Assembly: GCA_964412525.1 (NCBI GenBank)
Contig: CAYPOX010000001.1
Location: 11,356 to 75,355 of the forward strand
Origin: an uncultured Caulobacterales bacterium
GTDB lineage: Bacteria; Pseudomonadota; Alphaproteobacteria; Caulobacterales; CAYPOX01
Direction: 5' to 3'
DNA: 64,000 nucleotides
A program made the translations under genes and the position numbers. This document shows, piece after piece, positions 34,969-45,337 of this stretch. The notes beneath the pieces were generated by a model. The model did not search any database and was not told where the DNA came from. It worked only from the letters and a program-made list of their open reading frames with translations. How positions within the stretch are numbered: position 1 is the stretch's first letter; each line of letters begins with the position of its first letter.

Positions 34969-37900
34969 ATGACGCAACAACAAACGTTTCGCCGAGCTTT
35001 GCTGCGCACGACGGCTTTGGCCGGCGTCGCGGCGGTCGGCGTGGGGGCTGGCTTCGCGCAGCCCGCGGAAGGCGACGGCGACGTCGAACAAATCGTCGTC
35101 ACGGGCACGCGCCTGACGACCAACCCAAATCTCGGCTCTCCGAGCCCCGTTCTCGGCATCGATTCGGAAGAGATCGCCCTGCGCGGCACCGTCCGGGTCG
35201 AGGATTTGACGAACATCCTGCCGCAAGTCTTCGCCGGCCAGGCGACGGAAGTCTCCAACGGCGCCACCGGCACGTCGACATTGAACCTGCGCGGTCTGGG
35301 CGCAACGCGGACCTTGGTCCTGATCGACGGCCGCCGCATGCCCTATGGTTCGTCGCAGTCGTCACCCGCCAACGTTGACATGGTGCCGGCGCGGTTGATT
35401 GAGCGGATTGACATTGTGACCGGCGGCGCCTCCGCTGTGTACGGGTCGGACGCCGTTGGCGGCGTCGCCAACTTCATTTTGAAAAACGACTTCGAAGGCG
35501 TCGAATTCAACTTCCAGGGCGGCTTCAATACGGACACGAGCGGCGACGACTTCCTTGGGAACTTGCTGGACGTCAGCAACGTTCCGCAGCCGGATGGCGG
35601 GTTCGACGGTCGGGAACTGTTCGGCTCGATCTTGCTTGGCGCCAACTCGCCGGACGGTCGCGGCAACGTCACGCTGTTTGCGAGCTATCAAAATCTGAAC
35701 GCGATCACCCAAGACAATCGGGATTTCAGCGCCTGTTCGCTGGCTCCGGGTTCGGGAGAGTTCAGCGTCGAGGGTCTGCAGTGCCAAGGCTCCGCAAATT
35801 TCCGCCTGTTCGGCGGACCGGGCGGCTTCTTCTTCCAGGAAGAGGACGGCACGATCGTTCCGTTTCAGGGCGGACCTTTCCAATCGTACAATTTCGGCCC
35901 GCTCAACTACTTCCAACGTCCGACGGAGCGTTTCAACATCTATGCACGTTCGCGGTATGAGTTGACGGACGATATCGAGGTCTATCTCGACGCAAGCTTC
36001 TTCAACAACAACACCGACGCCCAGATCGCCGAAACGGCGTCCTTCGGCATCGGCGCCTACAGCATCAACTGCGACAACCCGCTCATCCAGGGTAACGGAA
36101 CCGGACCGGACGGCACTGGCGAATCATTCGCCAACATTTTCGGTTGTAATGTTCCGGACGCCGACGGAGTTCTGCCCCTTGAGGTGAGCGGCATCACGGC
36201 CTCGCACAGGAACGTGGAAGGCGGCCCGCGGAACTCCAACATCGACGTGTCGACCTGGCGCTTCGTCGGCGGTTTCCGCGGCACCTTGTTCGACAATGTC
36301 GACTGGGAACTGTTCGGCCAATACTCTCAGTTGATCGACACCAATATTGGCACGAATGATTTCGTGATCGACAACCTGCAAGACGCGTTTTTTGCGGTTG
36401 ATGACGGCGCCGGCAATGTTGTGTGCCGCTCGGGCAATTCCGGCTGCGTGCCCTACAACATCTTCCAGCGCGGTCCGAACGGCGAATCGCTTGTGACATC
36501 TGATCAGACCGACTTCATTCAAGGTGTCGGCATCACGGTCGGTGAAGTGAAGCAGCTCGTGTTCGGCGGCACTGCGCAGTCCGACCTCGGCGAGTACGGG
36601 ATCAAATCGCCCTTTGCGGAATCCGGCATCGGCTTCTTGGCCGGCTGGGAGTATCGCGAAGACGTCCTGGAATCCAATCCGGACGAGATCACGCAGGTGC
36701 CGGGCGGTGGTTTCACCGGCGTCGGCGGTGCAAACCTTCCGATTGAAGGTGAAATTCGTGTCACGGAGTTTTTCTTCGAAACGCAAATTCCGCTCGTCGA
36801 AGATCAATTCTTGGTTGAAGAATTGGCCATCGGCGGCGCATACCGCTATTCGGACTACACGACGGACGGCAACGGCCTAGAAAGCACCTTCACCACCGAC
36901 ACGTATTACGCTTATGCGACTTGGCGGCCGACTGAGGATGTCTCCTTCCGAGGACAATTCCAGCGTTCAGTCCGCGCGCCGAACGTCATTGGTCTGTTCA
37001 CAGCGCAAGACTTTGGCCTGACGGGCTTGTCTCCGGGCGACAATGGTTTCTTTGATCCATGCGCAGGGCCGACGCCGGCCGCAACGTTGGAGCAATGCGC
37101 GGGTTCTGGGGTGACGGCCGATCAGTACGGCAACATTCTGGATGCAGTCTCCGGCCAGGCAGGCACCATCACCGGCGGCAATCCGGAGCTGCAACCCGAA
37201 AGCTCCGATACGATCACCTTCGGCGCGATCTTCACGCCACGTTGGATTGACGGGTTGTCGATCTCGATCGACTATTTCGACATTGAGATCGAGGACGCCA
37301 TCGCAGGCGGCGTGCCCGCCCAAACGATCCTCGACGAGTGTGTCTTTGGCGGCAACGATCAGTTCTGCGGCTTCATCACGCGGGACGCGGGCCAATCACT
37401 CAACTCGGGCACCGGCACTGGGTTCCTCCAAACGAATGTCAATATTGCAACCCTGGCGACTGACGGCTTGGACTTCCAGGTGATCTACAATCTGGATCTG
37501 GCTCAAGTTGGATTGAGCGACTTTGGCAACATCAATTTCGATTACGCGTCCACATGGCTCCGTTCCTTGGACACCACGCCTTTCCCGGGTGGAGACGTCA
37601 TTGAATGTGCGGGGCTTTATGCGGGCTCGTGCGGCACGCCAAACCCGACCTATCGTCACCGCTTCCTTGCGACTTGGGCGACGCCCTGGCAGGTCAACGT
37701 CTCGGCCACGTGGCGTTACTTCAGCGGCACCGACTTTGACGGCAATGCCCCGACGGCGACAGACGAGCGCCTGGAAACCGTCAACTACCTTGACTTGTCG
37801 ATCGATTACCAAGTGACGGAAAATCTGAACATTCGCGGTGGTGCTTTGAACCTGCTGGGCGCGGCCCCGCCGATCTCCACGGCGACCTCGCCGCCGCTGG

Positions 37901-37974
37901 GCAACGGCAACGTGTACCCGTCGGTTTATGATATCAGCCGCTTCGTGTTCTTCGGCATTCGCGTCGACATCTGA
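34969..37974 (+). CDS. TonB-dependent outer-membrane receptor
   Basis: It has a signal peptide and a plug domain (IVVTGTRL, LIDGRRMPYG, ERIDIVTGGASAVYGSDAVGGVANFI), followed by a long beta-barrel region. Confidence 0.92.
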   Translation: MTQQQTFRRALLRTTALAGVAAVGVGAGFAQPAEGDGDVEQIVVTGTRLTTNPNLGSPSPVLGIDSEEIALRGTVRVEDLTNILPQVFAGQATEVSNGATGTSTLNLRGLGATRTLVLIDGRRMPYGSSQSSPANVDMVPARLIERIDIVTGGASAVYGSDAVGGVANFILKNDFEGVEFNFQGGFNTDTSGDDFLGNLLDVSNVPQPDGGFDGRELFGSILLGANSPDGRGNVTLFASYQNLNAITQDNRDFSACSLAPGSGEFSVEGLQCQGSANFRLFGGPGGFFFQEEDGTIVPFQGGPFQSYNFGPLNYFQRPTERFNIYARSRYELTDDIEVYLDASFFNNNTDAQIAETASFGIGAYSINCDNPLIQGNGTGPDGTGESFANIFGCNVPDADGVLPLEVSGITASHRNVEGGPRNSNIDVSTWRFVGGFRGTLFDNVDWELFGQYSQLIDTNIGTNDFVIDNLQDAFFAVDDGAGNVVCRSGNSGCVPYNIFQRGPNGESLVTSDQTDFIQGVGITVGEVKQLVFGGTAQSDLGEYGIKSPFAESGIGFLAGWEYREDVLESNPDEITQVPGGGFTGVGGANLPIEGEIRVTEFFFETQIPLVEDQFLVEELAIGGAYRYSDYTTDGNGLESTFTTDTYYAYATWRPTEDVSFRGQFQRSVRAPNVIGLFTAQDFGLTGLSPGDNGFFDPCAGPTPAATLEQCAGSGVTADQYGNILDAVSGQAGTITGGNPELQPESSDTITFGAIFTPRWIDGLSISIDYFDIEIEDAIAGGVPAQTILDECVFGGNDQFCGFITRDAGQSLNSGTGTGFLQTNVNIATLATDGLDFQVIYNLDLAQVGLSDFGNINFDYASTWLRSLDTTPFPGGDVIECAGLYAGSCGTPNPTYRHRFLATWATPWQVNVSATWRYFSGTDFDGNAPTATDERLETVNYLDLSIDYQVTENLNIRGGALNLLGAAPPISTATSPPLGNGNVYPSVYDISRFVFFGIRVDI

Positions 37975-37995
37975 CGAAGCAAGCGGCCCAAGGAT

Positions 37996-38025
37996 CGCCG
38001 CGGCGTTCTTGAGAACGTCGCGGCG
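37996..38025 (+). other. GC-rich hairpin downstream of the receptor gene
   Basis: The stem is CGCCGCGGCGTTC / GAACGTCGCGGCG (13 bp, one G-U pair) with loop TTGA. There is no U-tract. Confidence 0.5.
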
Positions 38026-38060
38026 CTTCGAGGCCAGACCAACCTTCAAGATCCAACTTG

Positions 38061-38093
38061 CCGCCGGCTTCTTCGGAAGTCGGCGGTTTTCTT
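38061..38093 (+). terminator. Rho-independent terminator of the receptor gene
   Basis: The stem is CCGCCGGCTTC / GAAGTCGGCGG (11 bp, one G-U pair) with a TTCG tetraloop, followed by TTTTCTT. Confidence 0.8.
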
Positions 38094-39234
38094 ATGGGTA
38101 GCTGGAGATGAGTTGGAACGTTCGCGCCAGGAAGGCGCGATCTCGATCGTTCAGCTCGGGGCGCCAAATGTCGAACAACAGCACGATGCGCGGCTCGTCG
38201 CTCATATTCTCCGCCTCGTGCTCAATGCTGTCGTCGAACACCGTCAATTCGCCTCGACGCCAGACATGGCGCTGATTTCCGACGCGCAGGACGCAGGCCC
38301 CGGGAACGATAAGCGGCAAATGGCAAATCAACCGCGTATTGAGCATGCCGTGATGCGGATCGATTCGCGTTTTCGGTCGCAGCATCGAGAACAGAACAGA
38401 CGGGTTTTTACCCGGCACGGTGCAGAGCGGCACGTCCTCCAGCGCCGCCATGGCGTGCGGGCAGTGTTTGGCGACGGCCTCGTTCACCGTCCCGCTCTTG
38501 ATGAGATAGGCCGCGCTCCAATCGGTATTGTCCTGAAGATGGGATTCGCGCGTCTTTGGTCCGCTCTGGACGTGGAGATATGCCTGAAACCCGTCCTCCA
38601 GCGCCATCACCGCGCGCGCCTCTTCGGCAATGGCGTCGGTCTGCGCCTCCAAGGCCGAGGCCCAGGTGAACTCGGATCGGTCGTAAAATTGCCTTTGGGG
38701 TAGGCCTGGCCAAAAAAATTGCTCCGGCTCCTGGGCGTAGATCTTGCGGCGGCCGAAGAGAATGTCGAGCGCTTCGCTGGCGGCGCCGGGCCCGTCCGGC
38801 GCGACCTCGAAGCCTTCCTCTCCCAAAGCCTTTCGAAGAAACGCTTCATACCCAGCCATCAACTCGCGTCCAAGGCGATGCGCGCGTTCCAAATGGGCTT
38901 GTATGTGCGCCGGGCGACGGTCCGGCGGCGGCGCCACAGTGATTGCGGCGTTGAAGAAGGACGCCGCTTCCGCCTTGCGGCCGAGCTTGAGCGCCGCATC
39001 GCCGCGCATCACCAGTGCGAGGAAATTGCGCGGTTGGATCTCAAGGACTCGTTCGAGCTCCGCCACCTCACCCACATGGTCGCCCGTGTCGCGGCACGCG
39101 AAAGCAAGCCCCATGCGGATCGCGGGATCGTTCGGACGCTCCGTCGCTTCCTCAGACAACAGTTCAAACGCCGCGCGAGGGTTTCCGGCCTGCAGCGCTT
39201 CAAAGCCCTCCCGGGCCCGTTGGCTCATTTCCAT
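38092..39234 (-). CDS. TPR-containing aspartyl/asparaginyl beta-hydroxylase-family protein
   Basis: It has N-terminal TPR helices. The C-terminus IDPHHGMLNTRLICHLPLIVP...VFDDSIEHEAEN fits the 2-oxoglutarate/Fe(II) Asp/Asn hydroxylase fold. Confidence 0.75.
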   Translation of the reverse strand: MEMSQRAREGFEALQAGNPRAAFELLSEEATERPNDPAIRMGLAFACRDTGDHVGEVAELERVLEIQPRNFLALVMRGDAALKLGRKAEAASFFNAAITVAPPPDRRPAHIQAHLERAHRLGRELMAGYEAFLRKALGEEGFEVAPDGPGAASEALDILFGRRKIYAQEPEQFFWPGLPQRQFYDRSEFTWASALEAQTDAIAEEARAVMALEDGFQAYLHVQSGPKTRESHLQDNTDWSAAYLIKSGTVNEAVAKHCPHAMAALEDVPLCTVPGKNPSVLFSMLRPKTRIDPHHGMLNTRLICHLPLIVPGACVLRVGNQRHVWRRGELTVFDDSIEHEAENMSDEPRIVLLFDIWRPELNDRDRAFLARTFQLISSYP

Positions 39235-39262
39235 GAAGGGATCTTTCGAGTGGGAACTTGAA

Positions 39263-41638
39263 TCAATAAGGGTCGGCGCGGCGCCGGCGGCCTTCGGCCG
39301 ACCAATGGTCCACCGTCGCGAACACCTTTTTCGGGTCGAGCGGTTTGGTGACGTAATCGTCCATCCCTTCCGCGAGAAAGCGTTCCCGGTCGCCGCGCAT
39401 GGCGTTGGCGGTGACCGCGATGATCGGCGGGGACCGCTCGCCCATCACGTCTTTGATCGTGCGCGCGGCTGTGGCCCCGTCCATGACCGGCATCTGCACG
39501 TCCATCAACACGATGTCGTATTCGCCCTGGGTGGCGCTGTCGACGGCCTGCGCCCCGTCACCGACGATGTCGATCCGATGACCTCGCTTGGCCAGGAGGG
39601 TTCGGATCAACAATTGGTTCGCCGGATTGTCCTCGGCGACGAGGATCCGCGCCGCCTCGCCATGGGACGCTTCCCGGGCGGCCGTGGTGTCCGCCGCCTG
39701 TTCGTCCGCTTCCATCGCGTCGTCGAAGGGCGTCTCGAACCAGAACAGGCTGCCCTGGCCGATTTCGCTTTCCACACCGATCTCGCCGCCCATCAGATCG
39801 ACGATCCGCTTGCAAATGGCGAGGCCGAGGCCCGTGCCGCCAAAACGGCGCGTCGTGGAGGCGTCCGCCTGATTGAACTCGCGGAAGAGCTTGTCGATGG
39901 CCGACGGGTCGATGCCGATGCCCGTGTCCTCCACTTCAAACCGCCAGACGGAGCGCCCCATGGCGTCGTCGCGATCCAATTCGATGGCCCGCACGGTGAC
40001 GCCGCCCGATTCGGTGAATTTGATGGCGTTCGAAATCAGATTGAATAGAACCTGACGTATGCGGCCGTCGTCGCCCAGAATGCGCCGGCCGGCGGCGTCC
40101 GGCGTGTCGACATTGAGCGTGATGGATTTGCTCTCGGCGTTCGGCCGAAGGATCCGGCTGACCGCCTCGATCTCGTCGCTGAGGCGGATCGGACGGCGTT
40201 CGAACTCCACCTTGCCGGATTCGAGCTTCGTCAGGTCCAAAATGTCGTTGAGCAACCGCATCAAATGCTTGCCGGAGGTTCGCGAGACCTCCACATAGCG
40301 CCGCTGCTCGTCGGTCAAATCGGTGTCCAGCAGCAATTCCGACATGCCCAAAACGGCGTTCATCGGCGTGCGGATTTCATGGCTCATCGTCGCCAAGAAG
40401 GACGACTTGGCGCGGGCGGCGGCGATGGCCTCCTCGCGCGCGCGCATCAGATCGTTCTCGCGCGCCACTTCGGCCGTCACGTCGATGCAGGTCATGAAGA
40501 CCGCCTCGTCGTCGTCCCATTCCACCAGGCGGCTGAAAACGTCCACAAAGACGGCCGATCCGTCCCGGCGCCGGTGCGCCACCCGCTTTTTGCCCTCGCC
40601 GCCATGGCCATAGACCTGCCGCCGCCAGGCGCCGTCGGGATCCGAGCGGACGGCCTCGGGCATGAGAGGCAGAAGATCCGGCAAGGCGAGCAATTCCTCC
40701 ACGCCGCTATAGCCGTGGATCTCGGCGAAGGCGTCATTCAGCAGGATGGGACGAAAGCGGCGATGGATGCAGTGGCCGGCATAGGCGCCGTGGAACAAAT
40801 CTCGAAAGCGCCGTTCGCTTTCCACCAAGCGCGATTCGCTGCGCTTGCGCTCGGTGACATCTGAATAAGTGCCCACCACGCGGATCGGCGCGCCCCGATC
40901 GTCGCGGGCCACCGCCTGGCCCCGGGCCAAAAGCCACCGCCATCCGCGACGGCCGCGCACCCGCACCTCCATCATGAAGGTGTCGATCGCGCCGCTCAGA
41001 TGGGCTTCGATTTCCGCGCTGGCCAAATCCCGGTCGTCCGGGTGGATCAGTCGGAATAGATCGCTGCGCGCGATTTCAAGCGATTTGGCGCGCGTCGCAG
41101 GGAAGTCGAGGATCGCCGCCCAGTGATGGCTGATATGAACGAGGCCCGCGCCCGCGCGCCAATCCCAATAGCCCTCGCGCGCGCCGGAAAAGACGAACTC
41201 CAACTGCGTCTGAAGCTTGAGGAGCTCCGCTTCGGCGATCTGCGCCTTCGCCGCGTCGTCGCCTTCCGGCGCATCTTTGGCGCGTTGGCGGCGCGGCGGG
41301 CGCAAATGGAGCACGGCCCCGCCGCCAGGCAGCGACTCGCCGATTCCCATCACCGTGTGGTTGCGGTCGTCCGCGCGCACCAATGGCAGGCCGGGCGCGC
41401 GCAAATCGTCGTCGAACAACGCGGTGATCGAGCGCCCGTCCGCGGTTTTGACGACCTCGACAAGCAAAAGGCCGCCCAAACTGCTCTCCGCCAAGTCCAA
41501 CAGAAGGCCGGCCCCGCCCGACGCCTCGACAATGCGCGCGGTATCGTCCGCGCCGTCCAACAGCAGCATGCATAGCTGCTGCGACCGGGCGAGGGCGCCG
41601 AGACCGACCTCCAACGGTTGCAGAACCGCGCTCACCAT
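39263..41638 (-). CDS. Hybrid sensor histidine kinase / response regulator with PAS domains
   Basis: It has the H-box [18 protein letters not shown], ATPase motifs ([14 protein letters not shown]) and a C-terminal receiver ([11 protein letters not shown]...[13 protein letters not shown]...KP). Confidence 0.92.
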   Translation of the reverse strand: MVSAVLQPLEVGLGALARSQQLCMLLLDGADDTARIVEASGGAGLLLDLAESSLGGLLLVEVVKTADGRSITALFDDDLRAPGLPLVRADDRNHTVMGIGESLPGGGAVLHLRPPRRQRAKDAPEGDDAAKAQIAEAELLKLQTQLEFVFSGAREGYWDWRAGAGLVHISHHWAAILDFPATRAKSLEIARSDLFRLIHPDDRDLASAEIEAHLSGAIDTFMMEVRVRGRRGWRWLLARGQAVARDDRGAPIRVVGTYSDVTERKRSESRLVESERRFRDLFHGAYAGHCIHRRFRPILLNDAFAEIHGYSGVEELLALPDLLPLMPEAVRSDPDGAWRRQVYGHGGEGKKRVAHRRRDGSAVFVDVFSRLVEWDDDEAVFMTCIDVTAEVARENDLMRAREEAIAAARAKSSFLATMSHEIRTPMNAVLGMSELLLDTDLTDEQRRYVEVSRTSGKHLMRLLNDILDLTKLESGKVEFERRPIRLSDEIEAVSRILRPNAESKSITLNVDTPDAAGRRILGDDGRIRQVLFNLISNAIKFTESGGVTVRAIELDRDDAMGRSVWRFEVEDTGIGIDPSAIDKLFREFNQADASTTRRFGGTGLGLAICKRIVDLMGGEIGVESEIGQGSLFWFETPFDDAMEADEQAADTTAAREASHGEAARILVAEDNPANQLLIRTLLAKRGHRIDIVGDGAQAVDSATQGEYDIVLMDVQMPVMDGATAARTIKDVMGERSPPIIAVTANAMRGDRERFLAEGMDDYVTKPLDPKKVFATVDHWSAEGRRRRADPY

Positions 41639-41713
41639 AGACCCAATGTCTGCTCCTCGCCTTTGGAAGACGATACCGACACGGGGCGCAAGCGTGCAAG
41701 CGACGCGCCGAAA

Positions 41714-42250
41714 TCAGGCGGGTTGGAGCGCGCTTTCTCCGTCCAGAATGCTCGCGGCGGCATGCACGACGCTCGCGATCCGAACCGCCGCCTGAATCTG
41801 CTCGGCGCGAAGCCCGCCTTTGCGCAAAACCGCTTCGTGGCTGTCGATGCACATGCCGCATCCGTTCACGGCGGACACGGCGAGCGACCAGAGTTCAAAG
41901 TCGAGTTTGTCCACGCCTGGATTGGCGATCACGTTCATACGCAGCTTCGCCGGCAACGTCTTGTATTCGGAAGCGGAGGCGAGGTGCACGAAGCGATAAT
42001 AGATGTTGTTCATGCCCATAATGCCTGCCGCGGCCTTCGCCGCATTGGCCGCGTCCGGGCTCAGTTTCGCCTCAGCCTCGGCGTTGGCGGCCCGAATCAC
42101 GTCCGAATTCCGCGACGCGAGCGCGCAAGCGAGCAAGCAGCCGAAGCGCTGTTGTTCCGTCAGCGTCTCGTCGGATAGCACCGACGAGAGGTTGAGTTTG
42201 ATGTCTTTGGCGTAGTCCGGCAACGTCGCCCGAAGGCTTTCAATGCTCAT
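41714..42250 (-). CDS. ahpD: Alkyl hydroperoxide reductase AhpD
   Basis: It has the CxxC motif in [11 protein letters not shown] and lies immediately downstream of ahpC. Confidence 0.9.
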   Translation of the reverse strand: MSIESLRATLPDYAKDIKLNLSSVLSDETLTEQQRFGCLLACALASRNSDVIRAANAEAEAKLSPDAANAAKAAAGIMGMNNIYYRFVHLASASEYKTLPAKLRMNVIANPGVDKLDFELWSLAVSAVNGCGMCIDSHEAVLRKGGLRAEQIQAAVRIASVVHAAASILDGESALQPA

Positions 42251-42326
42251 GCGTCTCTCCCCGTCGGTTCGTTAAAGCATTGAGGAAGCGACGAAAACGC
42301 CGCCTCCCCAATCGTCGCGTGCGCGA

Positions 42327-42878
42327 TCAAACCGCCAGCGTTTCGCCGCCGACTTCGCGGTTGCAGGGGCACAATTCGTCGGTTTGCAGACCGTCGAGGA
42401 TGCGGAGCGTTTCACGCGGGCTGCGGCCCACATTCAGCCCGTTGACCGACACGTGCTGGATCGTGTTGTCGGGATCGATGATGAAGGTCGCGCGGAGCGC
42501 CACGCCATCGCCGGACCGCACGCCCAATCCGTCCACCAGCTCGCCGGTCGGGTCCGCAAAGGACCAGTGGTTGAGCTTGTCGAGATCCGGGTGGCTGCGA
42601 CGCCAGGCGAGCTTGCAGAATTCGTTGTCCGTCGAACCGCCTAACACCACCGCGTCGCGATCGTCGAATTCCGCGTTCAGCGCCGCAAACTCCGCAATCT
42701 CGGTGGGGCAAACGAAGGTGAAGTCCTTGGGGTAGAAATAAATGACCTTCCACTTGCCCTTAAAGCTGTCTTGAGAAACGTCTTCAAAGGCGCTCTGGCC
42801 ATTTTCTTCGTGATTGTTGAAACCCGGCTTCACGCCGATGACTTTGAATTCTGGAAGTTTGTCGCCGATGCCCAGCAT
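42327..42878 (-). CDS. ahpC: Peroxiredoxin AhpC
   Basis: It has YFYPKDFTFVCPTEI (peroxidatic Cys). GAAGGAG lies before the ATG at 42878. The track's start at 42920 is rejected. Confidence 0.93.
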   Translation of the reverse strand: MLGIGDKLPEFKVIGVKPGFNNHEENGQSAFEDVSQDSFKGKWKVIYFYPKDFTFVCPTEIAEFAALNAEFDDRDAVVLGGSTDNEFCKLAWRRSHPDLDKLNHWSFADPTGELVDGLGVRSGDGVALRATFIIDPDNTIQHVSVNGLNVGRSPRETLRILDGLQTDELCPCNREVGGETLAV

Positions 42879-42966
42879 GTCGTGCTCCTTCAAATGTGAA
42901 TGATGCGCCACCCAGCGCAATGCGGTCGGACCTTGGCGACCCCGCCGCCAACGATCAAGTGAATAA

Positions 42967-42978
42967 AATCCATGGATT
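42967..42978. promoter_or_regulatory. Perfect 12-bp palindrome AATCCATGGATT in the ahpC/oxyR divergent region; candidate OxyR/LysR operator
   Basis: The palindrome is flanked by further ATC/GAT elements (GATCAAGTGAAT..., GATTGAATC, AAATCGAT). Confidence 0.4.
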
Positions 42979-42993
42979 GAATCGGTAAAATCG

Positions 42994-43935
42994 ATGACCG
43001 CCGCTTTGCCCAGCCTTCGCCAGCTCAGCTATTTGTGCGCTCTAGAGGAGACCGGCTCGTTCACGGCCGCCGCCGAGCGCACGAACGTTTCGCAGTCCAC
43101 GCTCAGCAGCGGATTGCGGGAATTGGAACGTCGGCTCGGCATCGATTTGATTGATCGCACGCGCCGCGATTTCGCGCTCACGGCCGCAGGACGTGAGACG
43201 GTCGCGCGCGCCCGTGAAATTCTGGTGCGTGCGCGCGATCTCACAGAGGCGGTCCGTTCTGTGGGCGAGCCCTTGTCCGGTCCGTTCTCCCTCGGCGTCA
43301 TTCCAACCATTGCGCCCTTTCTCCTGCCGCGGTGGGCGCCCGTTTTGGCGCAGTCCCATCCGAGATTGGAGTTGAAGCTGCAGGAGGACGTGTCTTCCGC
43401 GCTCGTGCGCCGTCTGCGGGACGGCGCGTTGGACGCTGCGGTGTTGGCGTTTCCCTATCACGCGCCCGGTTTGGAGACGGCGATGATCGGTTTCGATCGA
43501 TTTTACTGTCTCATGCCGGCGAATGATCCTCTCGCGAATCAAGCCTCGGTGGATGAAGCCGCCTTGTCGGACCGCACGGTTCTTCTGCTCGAGGACGGAC
43601 ACTGTCTGCGGGACCATGCGTTGGACGCATGCCGTTCGCTGCGGAGCCGCGATCCCAGCGACTTCACGGCGAAGAGCCTTCACACGCTCGCCCAAATGGT
43701 CGCCACAGGAGCCGGCGTGACCTTGGCTCCGGCTCTCGCCCTAGAGGCGGGCCTCCATCGCGATCCCAATCTTGCGGTGCGCCCCTTGGAAGAGGAAAGC
43801 GTGGGGCGTCATATCGGTCTCGCCTGGCGGCGCGGCGCGCCCCAGGAGCGTCACATTCCGCCGCTCCTTTCGAGTCTACACGCCGCCTTAGGGAATGTGG
43901 TATCGTCGAATGCGTCTAAAGGCCGCTCGGCGTAA
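42994..43935 (+). CDS. oxyR: LysR-family hydrogen peroxide sensor OxyR
   Basis: It has the HTH region LRQLSYLCALEETGSFTAAAERTNVSQSTLS and the redox motif LLLEDGHCLRDHALDAC. It is divergent from ahpCD. Confidence 0.88.
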   Translation: MTAALPSLRQLSYLCALEETGSFTAAAERTNVSQSTLSSGLRELERRLGIDLIDRTRRDFALTAAGRETVARAREILVRARDLTEAVRSVGEPLSGPFSLGVIPTIAPFLLPRWAPVLAQSHPRLELKLQEDVSSALVRRLRDGALDAAVLAFPYHAPGLETAMIGFDRFYCLMPANDPLANQASVDEAALSDRTVLLLEDGHCLRDHALDACRSLRSRDPSDFTAKSLHTLAQMVATGAGVTLAPALALEAGLHRDPNLAVRPLEEESVGRHIGLAWRRGAPQERHIPPLLSSLHAALGNVVSSNASKGRSA

Positions 43936-43976
43936 GAATTTGCGCCGCGGACGGACGTTTGGCGACGGAGGCGTTC

Positions 43977-44099
43977 TTGGGAATATTGCTGACCTTAACC
44001 GTTTTGCTGCTGGTTATTGTCGTCGGCAGCCTTCTGCTTGGCTTTTCCAGCATTATCTTCGCGCGCCGGCGCCAATCGCATCGGGACGGCGGCGACTGA
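43977..44099 (+). CDS. Possible small hydrophobic protein (40 aa), not in the ORF track
   Basis: GGAGG lies 7 nt before the TTG at 43977. The translation is (M)GILLTLTVLLLVIVVGSLLLGFSSIIFARRRQSHRDGGD, one TM helix plus a basic tail. Codon usage is atypical for this window. Confidence 0.3.
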   Translation: MGILLTLTVLLLVIVVGSLLLGFSSIIFARRRQSHRDGGD

Positions 44100-44207
44100 C
44101 GGCGCGCACAAGGCCCGACCTGAGCCAATTCGGCCGCTCTTGAGCTTGCGCGACCGCCGAAAAACAGACATCCTTACGGAACCGAAACAGTTGCGCTCGG
44201 ATGGACT

Positions 44208-44564
44208 ATGGAGGGGTTGTCGCCACGGCGCGCGTTGGAGCTCTGGCGCGACGCTTTGATCGAGTCCGTCCGAAGAGACGCGCCGGACCTTTCGGCGCGG
44301 CAAATGGCCATTCTGATGATCGTGTACACCGAAGCGCCGCCGCACACCGTGCGCGGGCTGGCCGCCAAGCTCAACATCGCCAAGCCCGCCGTGACCCGCG
44401 CCCTCGACACGATGAGCGTTCTCGGTCTTTTGAAACGCAAGCGGGACGAGAACGACAAACGCAGCGTCTTGGTGCAACGCACGGTCAAGGGATCCGTGTT
44501 TCTGCGCGAGTTCGGCGACATCATCGCCGACAAAAGCCGCGTGACGGCGCTCGACGTCGCGTGA
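44208..44564 (+). CDS. MarR-family transcriptional regulator
   Basis: The winged-helix region is LSARQMAILMIVYTEAPPHTVRGLAAKLNIAKPAVTRALDTMSVLGLLKRKRDENDKRSVLV. Confidence 0.8.
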   Translation: MEGLSPRRALELWRDALIESVRRDAPDLSARQMAILMIVYTEAPPHTVRGLAAKLNIAKPAVTRALDTMSVLGLLKRKRDENDKRSVLVQRTVKGSVFLREFGDIIADKSRVTALDVA

Positions 44565-45337
44565 GCGACCGCCTTCAAGTGACGGCGTGGGTGACGGCGG
44601 TGCGCCGAACCCCCGAGCCCGACGGGCCCATGGACACTCAAGCTCTTTATGGCGAGGCCTTCGCCGCCGAGGAGGAGCGAAACGGTTGGATTCGCGGCCG
44701 GACGGAGATCGACGGTTATCCAGGCTGGATCGACGCGGAGACGGCGGCGCAGCCCGTGCGGCCTGTCACGCATCGGGTCTCCGTCTTGCGGACCTATGCG
44801 TTTTCCGCACCAGACGTGAAGTCGGCGCCGGTCGCGCTGCTGTCGCGGAACGCGAAGCTGTCTCTGTGCGAGGATCGCGACGGGCGCTTTCGTCGCGAGG
44901 CGCGACTGGGCTGGTTCGTCGATCGTCATGTCGCGCCGCTCGCCGCGGCGGCGCCGGATTGGGTGGCGGTGGCGGAGGAATTCTTGCATGCGCCCTATCT
45001 GTGGGGCGGCAAGGAAAGCCTCGGTCTTGATTGTTCCGGCTTGATCCAGACGGCGCTTGAGGCGGCGGGCGTCGCGTCGCCGCGAGACTCCGAAGACCAG
45101 GAACAGGCTTTGGGCCGACCCCTATCCGATCAGGAACGCCTTGAACTCAAGCGTGGCGATCTCGTGTTTTGGCGGGGCCATGTGGGCGTCATGACCGATG
45201 CGACGAATCTGCTCCACGCCAATGCGCGCGCCATGGCGGTCACGAAGGAGCCGCTGGCCACATATGTGGACGCGATACGAGCCGACGCAGGTCCGATCAC
45301 GTCCATCCGTCGTCTGCCGGGCGGGTCAGCCCTGTGA
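44561..45337 (+). CDS. NlpC/P60 (C40) family peptidase with an N-terminal SH3-like region
   Basis: It has PYLWGGKESLGLDCSGLIQTAL (catalytic Cys) and GDLVFWRGHVGVM (His). The GTG at 44561 overlaps the marR stop. The earlier part of the track ORF is rejected. Confidence 0.8.
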   Translation: MSDRLQVTAWVTAVRRTPEPDGPMDTQALYGEAFAAEEERNGWIRGRTEIDGYPGWIDAETAAQPVRPVTHRVSVLRTYAFSAPDVKSAPVALLSRNAKLSLCEDRDGRFRREARLGWFVDRHVAPLAAAAPDWVAVAEEFLHAPYLWGGKESLGLDCSGLIQTALEAAGVASPRDSEDQEQALGRPLSDQERLELKRGDLVFWRGHVGVMTDATNLLHANARAMAVTKEPLATYVDAIRADAGPITSIRRLPGGSAL

